DNA from: Azolla caroliniana
Taxonomy: Eukaryota; Plantae; Polypodiophyta
Assembly (NCBI GenBank): GCA_043228905.1
Contig: JBHGNT010000022.1
Coordinates: 9,796,001-9,860,000 of the forward strand
Reading direction: 5' to 3'
Length of the DNA: 64,000 nucleotides
Positions 23,219 through 34,300 of the stretch are shown here, one piece after another. The notes beneath the pieces were generated by a model that worked only from the letters and a program-made list of their open reading frames with translations, had not been told where the DNA came from and searched no databases. The position numbers and the translations under genes were made by a program. Position 1 is the stretch's first letter, and each line of letters starts with the position of its first letter.

Positions 23219-26200
23219 TCATGACATTATCCCCCCTTTTCGATGACGAGTTGCACGAGTCGGAAGAAAAGAGTTCAGACTTGGTTTATGAGGATATTGG
23301 TTGTGAAATGCAACAACCATGTCAGAGGCATTGGCAAGATGTTCGGCAGGCTCCCATGTTCGATCATTAGGTGTATAGCCTAACCAATCAACCAAGTAGT
23401 ATAGTTTGTTGCGAATGATCTTGGAGTCGAGGATAGCGGCAACCTCATATTCAGAGCCATTGGAAACGTCAATTGGAGGTGGGGGAGGTGTAACACGACC
23501 CGGAATAGAGCTCGTTGTGTAAGGCTCCAAAAGTGAAACATGGAAGACCGGGTGAAGACGCATATGAGGAGGAAGATCAAGACGAAATGTCACATCATTG
23601 ATCTTACCACTTATGACATATGGGCCAAAACGTTGATAATCCAATTTGTAGCAAGGTCGGGTCGTTTTAATGCTACCTTGTAAGAGCCATACACGATCGC
23701 CTACTTGAAATGTAGTCGATGAATCACGCCGATGACGGTCAGCAATCTTCTTTTGAGTGTTTTGGGCTTCACATAAATGATGCAAAAGCATATCCTGAAC
23801 TTCTTGGAGTCGAGTGAGCCGATCTTCAGCAGCTGGGTTTTTTGGGAGTTCAGGATGTTCAAGCATCGTCCAACGAGGATGGTACCCAATGTTTGCAAAA
23901 AATGGGGAATATCCAGTGGAAGAATGCTCGGAGTTGTTATAAGCAAATTCTGCCAAAGGTAGTAAATCCACCCAATCATCTTGTTGATAGTTGACAAAAC
24001 AACGTAGATATTGCTCGACTGTTTGGTTGGTGCGCTCACTCTGCCCATTAGTCTCTGGATGGTAGCCGGAAGAGAGTTTACAAGAAGTATGTAAGAGTCT
24101 GAACATGTGCCGCCAAAATTTCGAGATGAATTGGGGACCCCGATCACTGATAATATCATCCGGAAGACCATGATGGCGAAACACCTCCCGCATGAGTAAA
24201 TCAGCTGTCTCTTGACTAGTAATGGTCTTTGTGCATGGAAGGAAATGTGCCATCTTCGTAAAACGATCGACAACAGTGAGAATCGAATCAAATCCCTTGG
24301 AAGGTGGAAGATCCGTAATAAAGTCCAAGGAAATAGATTTCCATGGGCTCTCCGGAATAGGCATTGGCTGTAATAAGCCATATGGATGATGTCGAGGCTT
24401 TTTTGATCGGCAACATGTATCACAGCTACGAACATAATCCGTAACAAAATGGCGAAGCCGTGGCCACCAATATCGGCGAGAAATCAACTCAAAAGTCTTG
24501 TGGATGCCGAAGTGTCCCGCCATTGGTGTGTCATGACATTGTTGCATGACTTTGAGTCGAGAAGGACCGTCAGGCACATACAAGAGAGTTTGTCGAAAAA
24601 GTAACCCATCATGCCAACTAAACTGGGTGTAGTCTAGACGAGGATTTTGAGTTTGGGAGCTAGATGCACGATTTGGGATAATATGGCTCAAAACCTCTTG
24701 GGCGAACGCATCAGTCGCAATCTGCTCACGAATGGAATCAAGAAGCCTTGAATCTCCCGGTGTGTTGATGGTATGCATTGCCATTATTCGTAGACGATTA
24801 GGACCTAAGAGGATTTGCTTTTGGCTTTCAAATGCGGCCTCTCCAGGTTGAAGTTCCATATACGAACGTCTAGATAAAGCATCTGCTTTTCCTTGTTGCA
24901 TCCCAGGGCGATATAGAATTACAAAATCGAAACGAGTTAAGAACTGCGCCCAACGAGCTTGTCGTCGATTCAAGACTCGAGCACTTTGAAAGTATGTTAG
25001 ATTTTTATGATCATTGTAGACAATAATCTGCTGAGAAGAACCCTCCAGAAAATGACGCCATTGTTGAAAAGAATCCACCATGGCAAGAAGCTCTTTGTCG
25101 TGAATCTCATAGTTGATTTCTGCGGCTTCAAATTTTCGTGAGTGAAAAGCCACCGGGTGCAGTTCACCATCATCACCAATTTGGGATAGTACACTTCCGA
25201 GTGCGAAATCCGATGCATCAGCTTCAAGTATAAAGCGCCTCATTGGATCGACATGGATTAAGATTGGTGCGGATGTAAATGCTTGCTTTAAACCCTCAAA
25301 TGCAGAGTTCGCATCTATACTCCATACAAATGATCGATTCTTGTGCGTCAGTTGAGTGAGGGGCAACACAATTTTTGAATAGTCTTTGATGAACTTGCGA
25401 TAAAAGTTTGCGAACCCCAAAAAACATTGCACATCTCGCACGGACTGTGGTGTTTGCCAATCCAAAATTGTTTGAACCTTTGATGGATCCATAGAGATGC
25501 CATTTGAAGAGACTATGTACCCCAAAAACTCCACTTGACGTTGGTCGAAACTACACTTCTCCAATTTTGCATAGAGACCATACTCTCGTAGCCGTTGCAA
25601 AACTTGGCGAACATGTATATCATGTTCTTCTTGAGTTTTTGAGTAGATCAAGATATCATCCAGGTAAACAATGATGAAGATATCGAGGAAGTCTCGAAAA
25701 ATATCATTCGCCATATGTTGGAAGACTGCTGGTGCATTCGTGAGGCCAAAAGGCATCACTGTGTACTCAAAATGACCATAGCGAGTGCGGAACGCCGTCT
25801 TCCATTCATCCCCAGGACGAATTCGAACAAGGTTGTAGGCACCTCGAAGATCTAACTTCGTGAAATACTTTGCTTCACTGAGGCGTTCTAGAAGGCTTGA
25901 GATCAATGGGAGAGCATATCGGTTTCTAACGGTCACTTTATTCAAGCCTCGATAATCCACGACCATACGAAGCGTACCATCTTTCTTCTTAACGAAAAAG
26001 ATGGGTGCACCAGCAGGAGATTTTGAATGTTGGATAAAACCATTTGCCAAGTTCTCATTGATATATTCTCGAAGTACCTCTAACTCCGTGGGCGAAAGAT
26101 TATAAATTGGTCCCCATGGAGGCTCTTTTCCTGGCTGCAAATCGATTGGGCAATCATATGGTCGATGCTCTGGTAGTCTATTAGCCTTCACCTTATCGAA

Positions 26201-26863
26201 CACATCGGAGAATTCTATGTACTTCTTTGGTAGTTGGACCCCCAATTCTTGTGAGCTAGATGAGGGAGTTGCTAAAACCGCAAATACCATCATGTCTTCC
26301 TTTCTTCTATCCTCTCGTAATTGATGTATAGAGATTGTTGAAATTGTGGGGGATCCTAGATCCTTAGTTGGAGCTTCAAGAGACTTGGATTGTACGGTGA
26401 CCTCTTCAATAGTTCTTTTTCTCCAATCAATGGTTGGGTTATGTAACTCAAACCAAGGAAGACCAAGAACTAGAGAGTGCTCCGGACTACTAATGATGTT
26501 AAATGAGATGACACTAGCCAAATTACCTAGGACTACACGAATTGGTTCAGACTCTTCGACTATATCTCCTGATGCTATAGGGCGACCATCGATGACTCCT
26601 ACAGCTACTGGGTTTGGGAGTTTTTTCAAGATGATGTTTTGAGTCAATGCAAACTCGCGATCCATGAAACAAGAATTGGCTCCGGAATCTAGGAGGGCAG
26701 AGGCTAGGGCGCGATGACCTGTAGATGTGCTAAGCTCGACTTGTGCAGAAAAAACTCTACTAACTTGATTTGATGAAATGGAACCACAACTAGGTACTGA
26801 CTCTACATAACTAGGATGGTCCAACCAAATGGCTCCTATTTTGGCCGGACTTATTCGTTTAAC
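23219..26863 (-). CDS. pol: Pol (protease, RT, RNase H, integrase, chromodomain), probably entered by -1 frameshift
   Basis: LLDSGA, YLDDILIY, DASDFALG, HHCC plus DDE integrase, GPY/F motif, chromodomain YEVAAILD...YLVDWLGY...WEP; no ATG start, frame open across the gag end. Confidence 0.97.
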   Translation of the reverse strand, partial: VKRISPAKIGAIWLDHPSYVESVPSCGSISSNQVSRVFSAQVELSTSTGHRALASALLDSGANSCFMDREFALTQNIILKKLPNPVAVGVIDGRPIASGDIVEESEPIRVVLGNLASVISFNIISSPEHSLVLGLPWFELHNPTIDWRKRTIEEVTVQSKSLEAPTKDLGSPTISTISIHQLREDRRKEDMMVFAVLATPSSSSQELGVQLPKKYIEFSDVFDKVKANRLPEHRPYDCPIDLQPGKEPPWGPIYNLSPTELEVLREYINENLANGFIQHSKSPAGAPIFFVKKKDGTLRMVVDYRGLNKVTVRNRYALPLISSLLERLSEAKYFTKLDLRGAYNLVRIRPGDEWKTAFRTRYGHFEYTVMPFGLTNAPAVFQHMANDIFRDFLDIFIIVYLDDILIYSKTQEEHDIHVRQVLQRLREYGLYAKLEKCSFDQRQVEFLGYIVSSNGISMDPSKVQTILDWQTPQSVRDVQCFLGFANFYRKFIKDYSKIVLPLTQLTHKNRSFVWSIDANSAFEGLKQAFTSAPILIHVDPMRRFILEADASDFALGSVLSQIGDDGELHPVAFHSRKFEAAEINYEIHDKELLAMVDSFQQWRHFLEGSSQQIIVYNDHKNLTYFQSARVLNRRQARWAQFLTRFDFVILYRPGMQQGKADALSRRSYMELQPGEAAFESQKQILLGPNRLRIMAMHTINTPGDSRLLDSIREQIATDAFAQEVLSHIIPNRASSSQTQNPRLDYTQFSWHDGLLFRQTLLYVPDGPSRLKVMQQCHDTPMAGHFGIHKTFELISRRYWWPRLRHFVTDYVRSCDTCCRSKKPRHHPYGLLQPMPIPESPWKSISLDFITDLPPSKGFDSILTVVDRFTKMAHFLPCTKTITSQETADLLMREVFRHHGLPDDIISDRGPQFISKFWRHMFRLLHTSCKLSSGYHPETNGQSERTNQTVEQYLRCFVNYQQDDWVDLLPLAEFAYNNSEHSSTGYSPFFANIGYHPRWTMLEHPELPKNPAAEDRLTRLQEVQDMLLHHLCEAQNTQKKIADRHRRDSSTTFQVGDRVWLLQGSIKTTRPCYKLDYQRFGPYVISGKINDVTFRLDLPPHMRLHPVFHVSLLEPYTTSSIPGRVTPPPPPIDVSNGSEYEVAAILDSKIIRNKLYYLVDWLGYTPNDRTWEPAEHLANASDMVVAFHNQYPHKPSLNSFLPTRATRHRKGGIMS

Positions 26864-27978
26864 ACATCCTCTAATTGGCTCAAGACATCAAATCTATTCT
26901 CATGGCATGGGCTAGTAGGCTTAGTACTTAAGTTATTAGAAGTGATAGTAGAACTTGATGTAGGGTTGTCATGTGCACTTACTTGGTAAACTTGACGCCT
27001 GGGTTTATGTGGACAATTCACAGCTATATGTCCTGGACCACCACAGTAGAGGCATAGGCGATGCGCCCGACGTCGTTGTTTCTCAGCATCTGATAAGGGC
27101 CCTCGACGTTGTGTCGACTCTATTTCCATCGGAGTGGGACCATCCCTCGTAACGGGTCTAGAACCTTGTGGCGGTGTGGCGACTATAGAAGCGTATGTCT
27201 GTTCCGGCTGGCGGCGTAACATTTGTTGACGTTCAGAACGTCGCTCAAATAGGCGATTATCACATCGCACAGCTCGGCTAATAGCTTCAGTAAGAGACTT
27301 TGGATCTTCATGGAAAGTAAGAAGAAGATCTTTGACATCGTTACGCAAACCCTGACGGAATTGATCCATTAAGGCTGCCTCATCCCAAGGGATGTCGCAT
27401 GCCAAGAGACGGAAATCTGCGGCATAAGCTGAAGCGGGACGATCTCCTTGTCGGAGTCTTCGAATCTTGTTTATTGCAGTCCTAGTGCTATCCGTATCTC
27501 CAAAACTAGCTTGAAACTCCTTAACGAATGCCTCGAAATCCTCCAGTAATGGTGATTTCTTCTCAAGAAGTGGTGCAAACCATGCTAACGCTGTACCGCT
27601 TAGCAAGGTTCCTATTAATCCCACACGGGCAGCATCAGTTGGATACCGATTGGGATGTAACTGAATCACCAAACGAACTTGATTCAGGAAACCTCGAAAG
27701 AGAGATCTGGTACCATCAAACTTGGCAGGGAGGCTAATCTTTGGTTCCCTTGGGGAGTTTTGAACCCCTGCCGCTTGTTCTCGTAATGTTAATATAGTAG
27801 CCTCAAGTTGATGAACCCGTTGTGATAACTCCTCATATTGATGAGCTTTCTCAGTACTGACTTGTTGAAGATCCCCGAGTAGCCTTTGATTTTCTTGCTC
27901 TAATGCCACAAACTTAGTGGTGAGCATATCGAGCTCCGAAAGGACACGCATATACTCTTGCTTGCTGACCGACTCCAT
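26851..27978 (-). CDS. gag: Gag (PEG10/Tcn1-like capsid plus CCHC zinc knuckle)
   Basis: 375-aa ORF: coiled-coil N-terminus, PAKFDGTR, LRQGDRPASAYAADF, CLYCGGPGHIAVNC. Confidence 0.97.
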   Translation of the reverse strand: MESVSKQEYMRVLSELDMLTTKFVALEQENQRLLGDLQQVSTEKAHQYEELSQRVHQLEATILTLREQAAGVQNSPREPKISLPAKFDGTRSLFRGFLNQVRLVIQLHPNRYPTDAARVGLIGTLLSGTALAWFAPLLEKKSPLLEDFEAFVKEFQASFGDTDSTRTAINKIRRLRQGDRPASAYAADFRLLACDIPWDEAALMDQFRQGLRNDVKDLLLTFHEDPKSLTEAISRAVRCDNRLFERRSERQQMLRRQPEQTYASIVATPPQGSRPVTRDGPTPMEIESTQRRGPLSDAEKQRRRAHRLCLYCGGPGHIAVNCPHKPRRQVYQVSAHDNPTSSSTITSNNLSTKPTSPCHENRFDVLSQLEDVLNE

Positions 27979-28050
27979 AACCGCGGGGGAAAAAGAAAGA
28001 AGGATAAAGAAGAAAGCTTGCTAGAGTTATTGGAGAAAGGGAAAAGAAAT

Positions 28051-28063
28051 ATTCGGTTCAAAC
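28051..28063 (-). promoter_or_regulatory. Self-priming primer-binding site
   Basis: Minus strand GTTTGAACCGAAT directly after the 5' LTR; lacks TGG; 11 nt complementary to ATTCGGTTCAA at 28302-28292. Confidence 0.88.
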
Positions 28064-28327
28064 TGTCGTGACTCTTGAGTAGGAAGCAGAGAGAGAGAGC
28101 GATGGCGATAGAGATAACGATAACGATAGAGATGGCGAGAGCGGTAGAGATAGCGATAGTGATAGAAAGAGAGTGAAAGAGGGAGAGAGTGCGAGAGAGA
28201 GAAAAGTATAAGTGAGAGATAAGAAATGGGAATGCGATTATATTATGAGAAAGAAGATTACAAGGAGTAGGCTAAGGGCTAAAGACTGGTGTTGAACCGA
28301 ATGAGTTGTGATGAGTGTATGGACTCT

Positions 28328-28335
28328 TATTTATA
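28328..28335 (-). promoter_or_regulatory. LTR TATA box (predicted TSS 28302)
   Basis: TATAAATA 33 nt upstream of the self-primer sequence. Confidence 0.75.
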
Positions 28336-30952
28336 GGCCCTTATGGAGTATTCTAGAATGTTCTAGAATATTTTAGATATTTATGAATAATAATAATAAT
28401 AAATATAATCATGAAATATTCAAGAACATTCTAGAATAATCTAGAATGTTCTAAATATCTTGTAATAACTAAACATATAATTATTATGATTACATCTCAC
28501 ATATGTTATTACAATGGTTAAAGTACAATATGTAAACCAAGAGGTTATGGGTTCGATTCCTGGTTCGCCAAGATGAATGTCATGATAAGCCAAGATGTAT
28601 GTCTTCATGACAGGTTGAAGCACTTGTACCCCTTTTGCTCTAGTGAGTATCCTACGAGGATACACTTCTCCGACTTGGGATCTAGCTTTGGCCGCTTTTC
28701 GTTGGGAATGTGCACGTATGCAATTGAACCGAATATCCTTACCTAGGATAGATCCGGTTTCTTTCCATAGTACTTCTTGTGCGGGGTAAGTTCGTGCACA
28801 CTAGATGTTGAACACCAATTCAGGAGGTAGACGGCAGTATTTGCTGCTTTGGCCCAATATGACTTCGGCATGTGCTTCTCATTAAGCATGGCCCGTGCTA
28901 CTTCGAGGATGTGCCGATTTTTGCGTTCAGTCACTCCATTCTATTGTGGTGTATGTCGAAAGGAAAATTCTTGCCTAATTCCTTCTTGTCGAAGGTATGT
29001 TGTGAATGCATCAGAGAAGTATTCCTTGCCTCCATCTGATCAAACACATCGTACATGAGGGCCGGTTGTCTTTTCGACTTCGTTTTTGAATTTAACACTT
29101 CACTCTTTTGCCTCATGGGGTAGATCCATGTGTGCCTAGAGAAGTCATTGATAAAGGTCACATAATATTGGCATCCGCTGAATGTAGCCGTCTAAGCTGG
29201 TACCCATACATTGGAATGAATTACATCAAGTATACCTTTGCTCACATTCCTATCTTTCGGGAACAGGTACCGATGTTGCTTACTAAATTGGCAGGTTGCA
29301 CATACGCCTTCAATCTCTTTCTCTTTGAAGGTCAGGAGGCCGATGACGACTCCTTTCATTTGCATCGCCTTGAATTTATTGAGATTGATGTGGTCGATTC
29401 TCTTGTGCCATAGCTCTATGTCAGTGTCGGCTTTGGTGCATTTTGCAAACATGGCCGATTTCATCTCGTGTGAATCGAGAATGAATATTCCTTCAACCGC
29501 GAGCAATGAGTCAACCCTCTTTTTCGATGAAGCAACTACCTTGGTTAAACCTAACTTGCATGCCTTGCTCCACAATTTGACCGATTGGGACCAAATTGTT
29601 CGTGATGGTCGGTACATGAAAGACATTCTTAATGTAAGTTTGGTTGCCTTCTTTGCCGAATGGAACTGCCGATGTGACGAATCGTATGAGTAGTGTCATC
29701 TCTGGTCTCGACATAACCAGGTCGATCCGGCTCTCGTAAGCCTCAGAACCATTTTTCATGAGACGTCATATGATTCGAAGCACCAGAGTCAATGAACCAT
29801 ACATCTTCTTGACTAGAGGCACTAGTTGAAGTAGAGGCATGATTGTCATAGTCGGAGTTGGTGGTGCTATTGGTGAGTTGTCGGCTTGTGGAAGCCGACT
29901 CGCGCGTCTTCTTCTGGCACTCTTCTTCGTGGTGGCGGATTTTGCCGCAATATCCGCATTCGATTGAGTTTTGGTGACTTGGACCAGCATAGAAGCCCCC
30001 CCTTCTTCCGAACATCCCTCTATTGTTTCTGCTTTCTTGCCGAAATTGGGAGTTGTTTTCATAGGTTGGACATCGTCCGCCTCGTCCTTGGACGAATCGG
30101 CCTCTTCTTGCTTGATTGCATCCTCTTCCTCCGTCCAAATGTGTGTAGAGCATTTGACCTTCTGAGGAGTTGCTCCTTGTTCGAACATGGTTTTCTTCAA
30201 CCAACAACATTGATTGAAGATCGAAGAAAGGGGGGGGATTCTCCCTTGCTAGAACAACAGTTGTCATCGCGCCGAACCGTAGTGCGAGGCCTCTTAGGCA
30301 TATTTGCACCATCTCATCATCCTCCACATTGACACTTATTGAGCTGAGTGAATCACAAAGCTCCTTGATCTTCAAGGTGTAGCTCGTGATGGACATATCC
30401 CTTTGTTGGATGTTGTTTAACTCTTGCCGGAGTTGAAGCTTTCGTGCCGTCGTATTGGCGGAGAATATCTTCTTGAGATTCTCCCAAGCTTCCTTTGGCA
30501 TCTTAGCTTCTCAGATGTAGCCAAGCATGTGATCATGGACACATGTTGCCAAGCAATACACTATTCAGCTTGCCGCTTACTCCCATGTTGAGTAGTCGGC
30601 GTCCTTAGGGCCGGGTTTGTTTTCTTGTGCTCCTTGAATGTAGCCCCAATAGCCTTGGCCGACAAGGTATTGATGCATCTTGTACCCCCAAGATGCAAAG
30701 TTGTTTTTGTCCAACTTCTCGCTAGGGAGAGCGCTCCCCATTTCAGTATTTATTCTGTCGATGTAGATTTCTTTCTTCTTTTCCTTCCCTCTCGAACACG
30801 AGCCATGTAATGGCAATACGATAACGATGAGTTGGTTCTTCGTGAATGTCAATGTAGAACACAACACACACAGATGGGCTAGATCGAGCTACCAAATCAC
30901 TCTGATACCATGTAAAGAATCGGATATGATTCTATGTAGTGGAAGAGATGTG

Positions 30953-30953
<1 letters not shown>

Positions 30954-31024
<71 letters not shown>
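30954..31024. repeat. (GT)n microsatellite in the Copia 5' LTR
   Basis: About 35 uninterrupted TG units. Confidence 0.97.
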
Positions 31025-31025
<1 letters not shown>

Positions 31026-31341
31026 GAAAGAGGAGAGGAGAGGAGAGAAACACAAGATACACAAGAGCAATGAAGCACTCAAGAAGATGTATATTAACAA
31101 GGAGAATATTTAGTACAAAAAATGTAGCATTACAAGGAGCAACAACTGACACTTTATGAAGTAGGAGGAAGGTGTTTTATATAAGGTCACCCTCTCTCTT
31201 CATTACCAAAAGCATTTGCATGACTATAAAAGGCTTATTCCAAGAAAGAGACGAATATGGGAAGTTACTCAACAACTTCTCCAAACGCAAGAGAAAGCAC
31301 ATGCATGTGCTAAATTTTGGGGAAATCTAAAGGGGAAATGT

Positions 31342-34300
31342 TGTCGTGAAGATTTCCGGCTATAGTGTGAAACCGATCTGGAATAGGGCAAGTCGATAGT
31401 GTGCAACATGTGCACATGTATAGTAGGAAAACGGTGTATAGAATAACAGGGAGTATTGATCCCACATTGTAACGTTCCTCCCTCCTTGGGCTATAAAAGG
31501 AAGGGAGGGGGTCTCTTGTATGGGATTGCCCATTTTGAGTCGTAAAGGGTATACCATTTTGTAGAGGGTCATTTTATTAAGAGTTTCTAGGGTTAGTAAC
31601 TTCTTCTCCTTCTCCTTCTTGGGAAGTTGCACGCCACAGCCATGGCGGCAAAGCTCTATTAGGGTTAACTTCTTTTCTTCTGAGCGTAGCCTGGCTCGAA
31701 GCCGGGGTTGTATCTTCCCCCTTTGTAATATATACACTTATATCTATTTGTGCATATTGGTGTATCTGGTGGTGTCGAGAGCATAGCCCCCTTTCATTTC
31801 CTGTGCATAAGAGTCGGTGTCGCGCGCATGCTCTCTCTCTCCCTTTTCTCTCTCTCTCTCTCTCTCATGTTCGGTTGCCTCCGGGTCGTGTTCGGAGTCG
31901 GTTTTCTTGGCATCCCTTTCTCCCTCGTCCGAGACCTTCGTGGTCATGCCCCTTCTACACGCACGCGCGTAATAACACGACATATTTGGTGAACCCAACG
32001 TGAAAGGCGGCAAGCGAGAATGGAGTTGGAAGAAGACGACTTCGTGCAACTTTTTGTTGAAGCGGTGAGGGAGTTTGGACGAGCAACAACAAGAAGAGAG
32101 GCGGCACAGCAAGTTGTTGAGCGAGTGGTCGAAAGAGTCGACCGTTTCAACAGGGACAAAGTCCCATTCTACTTGGAAGCCTACAATGCGGAAATGGAGG
32201 AGTGAGACATAAACGAGGCATTGAGGTTGGGGTTCTTCTGTCGGGTCGTTGCATGCACGCGGAAGTGAAGGAACTCCAAGAAGCTCATAGTTCTTGGGAG
32301 GCCTTTGAAGAGGCACTCTTGCAGGCATATGGAGGACGTCGGAAGAGCCGGGGATGACGCGGCTTCGACCAGTGGGTGGTATCGGTGAAGACCCACCAAG
32401 GCGCAACAAAGGCATTCCGAGAGTTCGAGCGATGGCTTGCTCGGCTCTCGGAGCGGGAACAAGGTTTGGTGGAGGCAGACAAAGTCTTGTTGTTCGTTAA
32501 GTCAATCGGCCGAGCGGGAAGACAAGGACGGAGCGAATGGACTTACGGAGGATTGGTCGAAGGTCGGAAGGGTTTGCCGACAGCTAGATGACGAGCGAGT
32601 TGAGAAGGCTAGGAGGAAGGCGCGTGATAGCACGCCATCACAGCGGGAAGAGGTCAAACGGCAAAGAGAGTCAGAAATGCTCGGCTTCGCGGCCAAGATT
32701 GCGAAGGCGTATGCAAATCTCGAGGCAATGCTCGAGGAAGAGGAAAGAACGAGGCCGCAAGCTTACGCCGAGAAGACAGACTTGCCCCACGAGACGGCAG
32801 AAGATCGGTATGACGGTACCACGAGAGAGGGTGCGGAACAAAACGCCCTCTCAGCCTGCGGAGATAGAACGGCCGAGGACAAGGCCGAGGTACCGATCGT
32901 AGAATCGGAACGTTGGGACCGGCGGTTTCGGGCACATCAGCCCGAAACTCCGGACATTGGAGAATCAAGCCCAGACGGGGCTTGTGCGATCGGTAAGAAG
33001 ACGACCACCGACCACGAGGATCCAATGGCTACGGACAAGGGCGCAAATAGGACGGGCAATTCTACGCGTCTTCCCACACTTGCTCCCAAGACGATGGAAG
33101 TCAGGCCCGAGTGCCCATGCGAGTCCCAAGAGGAGGAAGGCGGCGGCGTGAGACCGAGAATCCCCGGCGAGATGATGCGAGGGAGGAGCGGCCAAAAGCC
33201 CTCGGGACCAATTCCGAAGAACTCGGCATTCAGGCCCTTATGCCCACGTGCGACCGAAGAGATGGATGACGGTGTCGAGGAGTCCTGGCACGATGACAGC
33301 GAAGATGGATTGGAAATGGCCCGCGAGAAGGGCGATGACGGAACCATGAAATGACCCGACCGGGGACCGAACCGCGCGGCACTCCGATTCGGGTGGGGCG
33401 CGATCCGGTCATGGATTGTTCGACCGGGGCCAGAATCGGCATGAGGGTGCCGATATGGGAGACGGTGCGGAACGAGCCACCCTCTTTTACATGGGGAGAA
33501 AGACCGATTGGGCAAAGGTCGAGAATCGAAAGGAAGGTGATCGAGGGTTCAGAACGAATCCGGCGGGATCGGCATCGGAGCCGAAACTCCAGACATTGGA
33601 GAATCAAGCCCAAGCAGGCTTGGTTGATCATAGAGCGGATGCTATCGACCGACACCACTAAAAGGGTCGGTGACCTAGGACGAGTCGCCGGAGGACGATA
33701 CGAAATCGGTTACCCCACATCTTGACTGGAGACATCGGTAGTTGAAGCCAACAAGGCAACATGAGTCCGAAAGAGAACGGAGATGGTAGGGAAGCGTAAG
33801 GAAGGGATCAACAGCGACAGGGAGAAACAGAAACAGAGAGCAAAAGACCGGTCCTATGGGTCACCAAACACCAGGCTAGAGACTTCGGCGGTCGGCATCG
33901 GATCCAACGTAAGACCAAGATACTGACGGTGGCGGGAGGAGAACGGAACCCGGCAATGCGAAGTGACGGATGGACCCGGATGAGAACTGGGCGGAGCGGA
34001 CTTCCGGATAAGCGATCCGGTAGGGAGGAAGAGGTAGGCCTACGGGGAGGCCGGGAACACGATACCACGGGGGAGGGTGTGTAGCAAGCCACCCTCTCGA
34101 CATGCAGAGAAGGACGACCCGGGAAAGGGTCGGGAAGACGAGAGGCCCAAGGAGGATCCTTCACACCGAATCTAGAGACTTCGGCAGTCGGCAGCAGAGC
34201 CGGCGTAAGACCAAGAGACTGACGGTGGTGGCGAGGGGATGAGGGCAAAGGCGGCAGAAGACCGGTCCTATGGGATCCTCACATCAATCCAGAGACACTG

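Larger units (their letters stand above)
22678..28612 (-). mobile_element. Intact Ty3/Gypsy chromovirus (Tcn1/Tf1-sushi type), very recent insertion
   Basis: 549-bp LTRs 22678-23226 and 28064-28612 with no difference seen; TGTCGTGA...TCATGACA ends; TSD GGTTG; PPT GAAAAGGGGGGA 23241-23230; open gag and pol. Confidence 0.98.
20500..31195 (-). mobile_element. Ty1/Copia LTR retrotransposon, decayed, split by the Gypsy at 22678-28612; both LTRs appear truncated
   Basis: PBS TGGTATCAGAG (Met-i) 30910-30900 next to LTR start 30911; gag MGSALPSEKLDKNNF from 30741; protease WFIDSGASNHM; integrase ERKNRHILEVAR; RT MDVKNAFLQG and LYVDDL; RNase H ADWAG..DRRSTS; PPT near 20640-20649. Outer boundaries approximate. 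Confidence 0.9.

Noticed and set aside
30827-31152. ORFs with VCVC/HTHT runs, and the SLSL ORFs at 4332-5043
   Set aside because: Translations of dinucleotide microsatellites.
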